A model generated the notes under the pieces. It worked only from the letters and a program-made list of their open reading frames with translations. It was not told the origin of the DNA and did no database searches. A stretch of 63,675 nt of DNA, the filler included, from Octopus bimaculoides (Eukaryota), in NCBI RefSeq assembly GCF_001194135.2. It is 7 parts of 7 records of this genome, joined end to end, with 100 filler letters (N's around TTAATTAATTAA, not from the genome) between each part and the next. Parts side by side here need not be neighbours in the genome. Positions count along the whole stretch, not along the records: positions 53,860 to 59,700 come from NC_069002.1; positions 59,801 to 62,464 come from NC_068995.1; positions 62,565 to 63,675 come from NW_026436579.1; 4 more parts are not named here. One strand, 5' to 3'. Below, in pieces: positions 54,980-63,675 of the stretch. The position numbers and the translations under genes were made by a program. How positions within the stretch are numbered: position 1 is the first letter of the stretch; every line of letters starts with the position of its first letter.

Positions 54980-56865
54980 TTTGAGGTATCAAATTGTCAG
55001 AACAGGTGATGAAAGTTAAGGAGAGGGTCACAGCCCAACTAATTAGAGATAGAGTTAATTTAGATGAAATGCAATTTGGTTTTGTGTTAGGGAGAAGCAT
55101 CACTGATACTATATTTCTGGAAAGGAAGCTACAGGAGAAATACATAGTCAAAGATAAACCTCTGTACCTGACTTTTGTTGACTCGGATCCTTTATCTTGA
55201 TCCTTTTGTTGTTCCCCTGATCCTTTATCTTGATCCTTTTGTTGTTCCCCTGATCCTTTATCTGGTGGTCAATGTGGAAACTAGGGATAGATGAGTAGTT
55301 GGTGAGAGCTGAACAAGCCATGTACAGGGATACTGTCAGTAAGGTGAGGGTTGGCATTAAGTATGGTGAAAAATTCAGAGTACAAGTAGGGGTTCACCAA
55401 GGATCAGTCTTCAGTCCCCTCTTGTTCATCATAGTCCTCCAGGAAATAACAGAGGAACTTAAGACAGGCTGCCCCTGAGAGCTCCTCTATGCTGATGACC
55501 TTGCTCAAAAAGCTGAATCACTACAGAACTAGAGAAGTTCCAGGTATGAAAGCAAGGTCTAGAACCAAAGGACCTTAGAGTTAACCTAGCAAAAAACCAA
55601 AGCCTTAGTAAGTAGGAAGGCAGACAAATCACAAATCCCCTCGGGTAGATGGCCTTGCTCAATCTGTAGAAAAGGTATAGGTAGAAACTCCACAAGATGT
55701 AGCTGGTGTCAGCTACGGACACATAAGAGATGCAGCAATATCAGAGGAAAATAGTTTTTGTGTGTGAAAGATGCACAGGTACAATAAACACTAAAAATGT
55801 ACAGAAAATAGATTCCATCAACTGCCAGTTGGGTAAGCTAGAGGTAGTAAATAGCTTCTGTTATCTAGATGACCAAGTTATTAAGGGAAGTGGGTGCTCC
55901 AAGGGTGTGGCTGTAAGAATAAAAATAGGCTGGGCAAAGTTCAGAGAACACCTACCTCTGCTGGCCTCTCTCTGAGTGAAAGGCAGATTGTATGATGCCT
56001 GTGTGTGAAGAGTTATGCTACATGGCAGTGAAACATGAGCTGTGATAATCGGGGACTTGCATTGGCTTGAAAGAAATGAAGCTAATATACTTTGCTGGAT
56101 GTGCAATGTCAGTGTGCATGTTCAACAAAGTGTAAGCAACTTGAGAGAAAAGTTAGGCATAGGCAGCATCAGATGTGGTTTGCAAGAGAGATGACTGTGC
56201 TGGTATATTCATGTGAGACATATGGACAAGGATAGCTGTGTAAAGAAGTGTTGATCTCTAACTGAGGAGGGAACCTGTGGTAGAGGTAGACCCAGAAAGA
56301 CATGGGACGAAATGGTGAAACATAATCTTTGAACTTTGGTCCTCATGGAGCAGTGACCTGTGACTGAGGCCTTTGGCAATATGCTGTGCTTGAGAAGACC
56401 TGTCAAGCCAAGTGAAATCATAGTCGTGGCCAATGCTGGTGTCAAGTAACTAGCACCTGTGCCGGTGGCACGTACAGGGCACCTTTTGAGCATTGAGCCT
56501 CATGGAGATAAGGTGGCCAATGCCGGTGGCGTATAAAAAGCACCTTTTGTGTGTTGAGCCTCATGGAGGCAATGACGAATGACCGAGACCTTTAGCATGA
56601 TATCGTGCTTGAGAAGAAGACCCATCAAGCCAAGCAAGATCGCTGTAGTAGCAGATACCGGTGTCATGCAAATTGGCACCTGTGCTGGTGGCACATAAAA
56701 GCACTCATTACATTCTCGGAGTGGTTGGCGTGAGGAAGGGCATCCAGGCTTACAAACCAATACAAATCAGACTGGAGTCTGGTGCAGCCTTCCAGCTTGC
56801 CAACACAGGTGAAACTGTCCCAACCCATGCCAGCATAGACAACGGATGTTAAATGATGGTGATAA

Positions 56866-56869
<4 letters not shown>
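54980..56869 (+). mobile_element. Degenerate RTE-clade LINE (RT domain to 3' tail)
   Basis: MQFGFVLGRSITDTIF..RKLQEKY...KPLYLTFVD; GVHQGSVFSPLLF; LLYADDL; later GRGRPRKTW region; same 3' UTR family as 13850-14238; many stops and frameshifts. Confidence 0.9.
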
Positions 56870-56905
<36 letters not shown>

Positions 56906-58189
56906 CAAATTTACAGAAAACAAAAGACAAAGACAGGTGAGGGAACAACAAGCAGGTGTATTAGTTTAACACTTGAGAAGAATGGATTAAGAAGAAAAAA
57001 GGATTAAGAGGCGGTGGGGGGGGATGGAGAGTGAACAAAAAAAACGTGTTTGGATTAATGATTGAACATAATGAAGAAAAATATACATCTACATACACAC
57101 ACACACATGCACACATACAGACACACACACACACACACACACACAAGTTCTCTGACCAAAATTTAGTCAGACAGTTTTGGTTATTAAGGTCAAAATGATA
57201 CTTTATACTTGTTACTGAGATGTTCAAAAATGTGTAGATTTTATATATATATTCACCTGATGAAAACTTAATATAGCACTTCTATTCATCAATAAAAAAA
57301 ACATGCTTGAAACAGCTGTAGTGAACCACAGTTCATCTGTTGCTATTTATTTATATATACATACACACACATTTATATGTATATGTATATATATATGTGT
57401 GTGTGTGTGTGTGTGAGTGTGTGTATCAACATCATTGTTTAATATCCGTTTTCCATGCCAGCATGAGTTGAATGGTTTGACAGTTTTTGGTCATTCAGTG
57501 ACCTGTTTTGGCTTGGTTTCTTTTGGTCGATGCACCAATCACTTTACAGAGTGTACTTGATGCTTCTTACATGACACCAGCACAGGTGCATTTCATGTGG
57601 CACCAACATGAGTGCATTTCATGTGGCACTTGCATGAGTGCACTGTATGTGAAACTAACACGAGTGCATTTCATGTCCTCTCAGCTGGGAAAGGGAGTAG
57701 AGGCATGGCCATAGAAGGACATGCCTGTGTGTATGGATGGCCACAATTTTCAAGTACAGCAAATCGCCACAAGTCCTGGGTCCTTTGTCATCTCAGTGAG
57801 GCCCCCATGAAGTTCCTTTTCTAATTACACACACATACACACACACACTCACACACACACACATACACACACAAACACATACACACATACACACAGACAC
57901 AAATATATATACATATTGGAATTTTGTCAGTAAACAGGTTGCGGTCTCAAAGCGATGAAAATATTTTGGAAAATTAAATTTAAATGTTGAAGTGAATCTA
58001 ATGGTTTTTGTGTGTTTCTTAAATGGCTTATAAACACCTTCTATGCCGCAATTGTTTTTGTTCCAGCACATGATCTCAGATCAGGTCACTTGCCATGCAA
58101 GTACATCTCCCTATATATATATAAATATACACTGCTTTCTTCCAAGGAATCTAATGCTCTTAGCTTAGTTTTTCCTTGGGGCTTATTAG

Positions 58190-58535
58190 TACAATAACCG
58201 AGAATTTTATTTACATAGGATGTAGTATTAATGTGAAACAGAGAATATATAACCATAGGTCCTCTTTTAGACTAAGACATAAGGCTAATAGTACGACATT
58301 AGCAAGTAAAATGTGGGAGTTAAAAGATAATGGTATTAGTTTTAGCCTTAAATGGGAAATTATAAGAAAAGCTCAACCTTATAGAAATAATAGATATGGA
58401 TGTGAATTATGTTCTATGGAAATGTATGAAATTTTTAAACTTAGAAATAATCCTAATCTAATCAATAATAGATTAGACCTTAGGGTATCATGTGTACACT
58501 GCTCTACTCGTACTTTTAAATTTTTTAAAAAGTAG
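58190..58535 (+). mobile_element. Penelope-like element GIY-YIG endonuclease C-terminal fragment
   Basis: YIGCS..VKQRIYNHRSSF...STTLASKMWELK...SLKWEII..AQPY....CELC..E..EI....LIN.R....CVH; reading frame open. Confidence 0.85.
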
Positions 58536-59800
58536 TTTATTAAGTAGTTAAAATTATTAAAATATAGTATTTTAACTTCTACCATGGTCATCTAGGGCTA
58601 TTAATTAGCACATATTTTAAATTGGAAATTGAACCTTTATAACATATATTCCTAATCTCTCACCTTATCATTTAATCTACTTGTGATAAATAAGATTTCA
58701 TCTTTACTCCATAGAAGATATTTTTTCACACCACTTCTGCTATTGCTGTTAGTTTCTCAATATGTATCTTAACCCTATATAGCTTATAAGAATTGGAAAT
58801 TTTCATAAGTTTTTACCTTATTTAATGCTTGATTTTAAAAGAATCATTATTATTTATTACATTATTCCAGGGCTTACAGCAATAGTGTCTTGTTTTTTTA
58901 AATTTTTAACTTGAATAAATCTAATCTTATGCCCAAAATTAATGTAATCCTTATTCAATTAATATTCTTTAATTAGCCCATGTTAATCTTAAAACAAACT
59001 CATGACTAATGAAACTTTTAATCAATCATCAGGTTCCTGTATTGGATGGCCTTGTTAATTTCTAATATCATTTTTATTTTTCTGTCCCTCAAACCTTAGT
59101 AAACCCATTATTATATAAATCCTATACTAATTTTTTCTTCACATTATAAAAATATAGCTTACATTTATGTGTCTTCAAATTAGTATTATTATATATATCA
59201 GCTAAAATTTTAAAATCATTTTTAAAATTATTCAAAATAGTTTTTCATGAACCCAATATACTTATTATCCTTAGACCTTACACCTTATAGCCTCTGAATT
59301 CAATACTGACATCACTTCATGATTTTTGTATAAACTTACTACATTTCAATGTTAAATCTCTTAACGAGGACATTTCCTTTTATTGTTATTAACATACCTC
59401 TTATTGTTAAAATATTGTTAAAATATTGTTTAAACTAATATTGATGTCTGTAAAACAATACTGATGCTCTATTCAGACTAAAGAAAAAGCCCTGTTTGAC
59501 CTATATACCTAGGGTTTAATTCCTCAACATTTTGATAGTAGTAAAAAAAACCCAACCTATAAGAGTGTTACCACTCTGACCAGAGAAACCTTTATAACCA
59601 TATCCTTTATAGCCTTGTCCATGCATAATGCTTACACCTTCCCTTTCCTTAGAAGTGATTGTCCCTTACACTATTACTACTAGATAAGAGACAATAAAAT
59701 NNNNNNNNNNNNNNNNNNNNNNNNNNNNNNNNNNNNNNNNNNNNTTAATTAATTAANNNNNNNNNNNNNNNNNNNNNNNNNNNNNNNNNNNNNNNNNNNN

Positions 59801-60100
59801 GGAATCTAAAAACAGAAACAATTCCTATCATAGTAGGTGCCTTAGGTATAATAAAAAAATATTCAGACAAATACATAACAAAAACACCAGGACTTACAAA
59901 TATATATAACATACAGAAAATTGCACTACTGGGTACTGCACACATTCTACGCAAAACACTTTCAATACAGTAAACATAAGAGCACCACAGCAAACCACAG
60001 CACATACCCAAGGCGCACAGAGCTGCGCTCGGTAGTGAAGTGAAAGTACGTTATAAAAATAAAACTACTGAATAATAATAATAATAATAATAATAACAAC
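59801..60100 (+). mobile_element. R4/Dong-type LINE 3' end with (AAT)n tail
   Basis: NLKTETIPIIVGALGIIKK...IQKIALLGTAHILRKTLSIQ*, then 3' UTR and (AAT)n. Confidence 0.85.
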
Positions 60101-61088
60101 AATGCCTCGAGAGCTAGCACGTACAGAAGAGTGAGAGTGGGCATCCTTGACGGACCCAACGAGCAATAGGTGGCCGATAGGTGGCCACTTACTTTGACCA
60201 CCGAACAGATGTTGCTTGTACATTGCAGCGATCCAGCCTCTGAAAACTGAACCGAAATCCGCTGCCGCGAGAACAGCATCTCAGTATTGGTGGTCGACCC
60301 TATGTCCTCGCTAAATGTCCTCGTGGGCTAAAATCGTATGCAAAGGTTCTTTATTCACCTGTTTCGATTCACCTTCGAGTCCTGTTTAAAGTGGTAATAA
60401 ATTCTAAAATTCACCCTCTTGTTTTCCTGTCTATCACTATAATACATCTACATCACGACCTCGAACTCATGTTCTGTGAACCAACGAAACAGTGGTTAAT
60501 TTAACAGTGTCAGTCCCACTGGCAATGCGACCCGACATTCTACCAAGCAGGCTTTACCTAACGCAAGTGTGTTATTCCGTACACTTTAGATTATAAGGTC
60601 TTTATTATGCAATGGACACATTTACTCGAAACAGCTGTAAAGATATGACTATTATATAACTATGTTGTTTTTTGTAGATTTAATTCTGTATTCTGTATTT
60701 CATATAAAAACACTCATCAGGCCTATTTGTGCTTACCAACCTTTCTACAGGCATAGCCCCCTCGACGAGGATCGTTCTTATAGCCGACTTTTTATACCGG
60801 AGGCACCTGTCCTGGATGAAGGAACTGGAATGTAAATACTCCTCTTGAATATCCCTATCACGCTTGCTTTATCGTTCACCAGTACACACACGCACACGTA
60901 CACAACCATATTCACACACACACACACACTATATATGTATGTGTGTGTGAGTATAAGTATGTATATATATATATATATATATNNNNNNNNNNNNNNNNNN
61001 NNNNNNNNNNNNNNNNNNNNNNNNNNNNNNNNNNNNNNNNNNNNNNNNNNNNNNNNNNNNNNNNNNNNNNNNNNNNNNNNNNNNNNNN

Positions 61089-61134
<46 letters not shown>

Positions 61135-62226
61135 ACGCACAGACACGCACACATTCACACATAAACACACACACACACACACAAGCTCACACATACACAC
61201 ACATATATGCTGGTTCGTTGAAAGTTTAAGTATTTTAAGTACGGACGTAACCAGTGACACAGGAAAACCTGTTGACCTCTGGGCAGGTTATATGTTACTC
61301 TACAAAATCTTGAATATGCAGCTTTTGTTTAGTGAAGGATGATTTATAGACAATGAAACAGATCAAATTTGCTGACGTTCGGAAAGGAATATAAAAATTA
61401 TGAATGTTATACTTCGACGCTCGGTTGTATAAAATACCTTTAGAATTCTTGAATGACTTGCATAAATTCATAGAGAAAATCATTGCTTAAAACAGAATAA
61501 CAATTTCAATATTGGATAAAAGGAAAGGAATTTATCGGTCTCTTACAATTCGAATTGATTTCTCGGTAAGGTAGCGGTGGTGAGTGTTCGGAATTTTGGC
61601 TGATAACCATAAAGCTGGAATTGATAAACCAAAGAAGTATTAATCAACAAGAGACATTTGACATTAATTACCAGTACGATAAACCGTTAGTTTTATAATA
61701 CGGTGATCTTGAGAATGTTTTCGCTTGATAATAAAACGGTTGATCCAAGAAGAGATTTGAAGTGACACAAGTATAAAACCGGCAACGGTGTTATTCTGAC
61801 TGTTTCAAATAGTGGAGTTAGCTGTTATAAACAACAAATCCTTAATGTCTCCGGTTGTATTGAAAGATATCATAAATCAAATATTTTGATCAACTTCTAT
61901 TAGATAACAAAGATATAAAAATAGTAATGACGAAATAAAGCATGTGATAATCTTTATTTCTTCGTGGTCTTAGTTTAAAGTGCTAAAGAAACATTGATTT
62001 AACGTATGAGCGTAGCGAAAATAACAGTCATGTCTCGCTCGAATCGCACTCCATCATTTGGGAAAGACGTACGAGATATTTTAGTATGATATTAAGTAAA
62101 TATGAAAAAGAGAAAAACGAAACGGATGGCTCGAATTTCATTGATTATAAGTTTTTCTCGATCACGGCTGGTCAAAGCCTACACAACAACGTAATTACGA
62201 TAACTGTTAATTCTCTGACGAATCAC

Positions 62227-62464
62227 AAATCGAAATACATGGTACCAACAACACTATGTACAAATCGAAATATATGGCACCAACAACATTATGTACAAAT
62301 CGAAATATATGGTACCAACAACACTATGTACAAATCGAAATATATGGTACCAACAACACTATGTACAAATCAAAATATATGGTACCAACAACACTATGTA
62401 CAAATCGAAATACATGGTACCAACAACACTATGTACAAATCGAAATATATGGCACCAACAACAT
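62227..62464. repeat. 35-bp minisatellite (~6.8 copies, runs into a gap)
   Basis: Unit aaatcgaaata(c/t)atgg(t/c)accaacaaca(c/t)tatgtac starting at 62227, 62262, 62297, 62332, 62367, 62402, 62437. Confidence 0.95.
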
Positions 62465-62564
62465 NNNNNNNNNNNNNNNNNNNNNNNNNNNNNNNNNNNN
62501 NNNNNNNNTTAATTAATTAANNNNNNNNNNNNNNNNNNNNNNNNNNNNNNNNNNNNNNNNNNNN

Positions 62565-62799
62565 TTTAGCAAATAAAATAATTTGCTCGGCGAAATTCTC
62601 ATCAGTAACCGCGCCATAACATTAACAAATACTTTAGAGACAAATAACACATGTCTCATCATTATATGTTATAATTTTTCAAATTCACCGCGCAAGCGCA
62701 GTTTCAGTCGGCAGTAAATGAAATCTCTAAATTATATGTTAATGTTTTGGCGCGGTTACTGATGAGAATTTCGCCTAGCACATTATTTTATTTGCTAAA
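62565..62799. mobile_element. MITE-like element with ~63-bp inverted repeats
   Basis: 62565-62627 is the reverse complement of 62737-62799 with 3 mismatches; left end abuts a gap. Confidence 0.75.
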
Positions 62800-63001
62800 A
62801 AAAATTCGAAACCTAGGTATAACCGTAAAAAAATAACAAGGTAAACGTTTTTATTCTCCATTCCTCTTGAAATTGCTCTTAAATGTGGTTTTGGTCGTTT
62901 TGACTGCTTCTTCTAGCGTGTAAAATTACCTGTTAAAGGTAGTTTCTCTTGTGTTTAAATGTACACTATTTTATATATATATACAGGTATGTGTGTATAT
63001 A

Positions 63002-63332
63002 CCGTATTTGATGGCCTATAAGACGCACGAGTGCATAGGAGGCACCTTAGCCTAGGCTATACTTTTGTAAAATAAATTACCACTAAAATAATGTTTTAAT
63101 TCTTCCACTTAGCTGTATAACTTTATGTTATTACCGATAATTATAAGCAATTTATTGCATCCACATTCGATATAAACATACCGAAGGTGATTGTCCACCA
63201 ATAGATGGCAGCATACGTTTTGTAAACATATATATCGTTTTGAGCCTACATTGAATGCATTAGACGCAGAAGGATTGTTAAAGTCATTTCTGGGTAAAAA
63301 AAAAGGTGCGTCTTATTGGCCATCAAATACAG
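63002..63332. mobile_element. Tc1/mariner-superfamily (pogo/Tc2-like) MITE
   Basis: TIRs ccgtatttgatggcctataagacgcac / gtgcgtcttattggccatcaaatacag; TA on the left flank. Confidence 0.8.
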
Positions 63333-63675
63333 ATAAATCTTCCTAGCTCAAACAATATCAATTGCATATCCAGTAATACAACCAACAATATTGATATAAT
63401 CAATGTTGATGATTGTATTAACAATCAACATAATAATATATATATAGCTAATAATCCCCTTGATTGCAATTGTAGAATTAAGGCCCGCTGCCCGGTATCT
63501 GGCCGTTGTTTAGCCCGTAACGTGGTCTATAAATGTACAGTAACTACTCCAACTAATAATTACATTTATGTTGGTTGCACAATCAATCTTAAACAGCGAT
63601 TATACAATCACTTTTTCTCGTTTATACTTAAACATAAAGCCAATAGCACATCATTATCTAATAAAATTTGGGAAT

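Noticed and set aside
58540-59480. Possible mitochondrial insertion (very AT-rich)
   Set aside because: No mitochondrial protein, rRNA or tRNA motif could be recognised.
62227-62464. CRISPR-like array (35-bp repeats)
   Set aside because: Head-to-tail units with no unique spacers, no cas genes, eukaryotic context.

Overview
AT-rich, intron-like animal DNA with very dense microsatellites, SINE-like repeats, degenerate LINEs and DNA transposons, plus several assembly gaps. The repeat content looks like a coleoid cephalopod (octopus-type) genome; this is an inference from recalled repeat families, not a database result. Only one host coding segment is clearly recognisable: a 269-nt internal Wnt exon on the + strand (45801-46069), most similar to Wnt9, which the ORF track misses. 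The other Wnt exons were not found in the visible sequence. About 150 bp downstream lies an antisense, scrambled Gypsy LTR-retrotransposon remnant. Its primer-binding site is not the usual 18 nt but a 65-nt copy of a mature tRNA-Pro, with the CCA tail and a GGG anticodon as expected from reverse transcription of inosine-34. Other elements include a Merlin/IS1595-like transposase pseudogene, mariner, hAT-like and Tc1-like MITEs, RTE, CR1/Jockey-type and R4/Dong LINE fragments, a Penelope GIY-YIG fragment and minisatellites. Most ORFs in the supplied track are microsatellite or antisense-to-TE artefacts.
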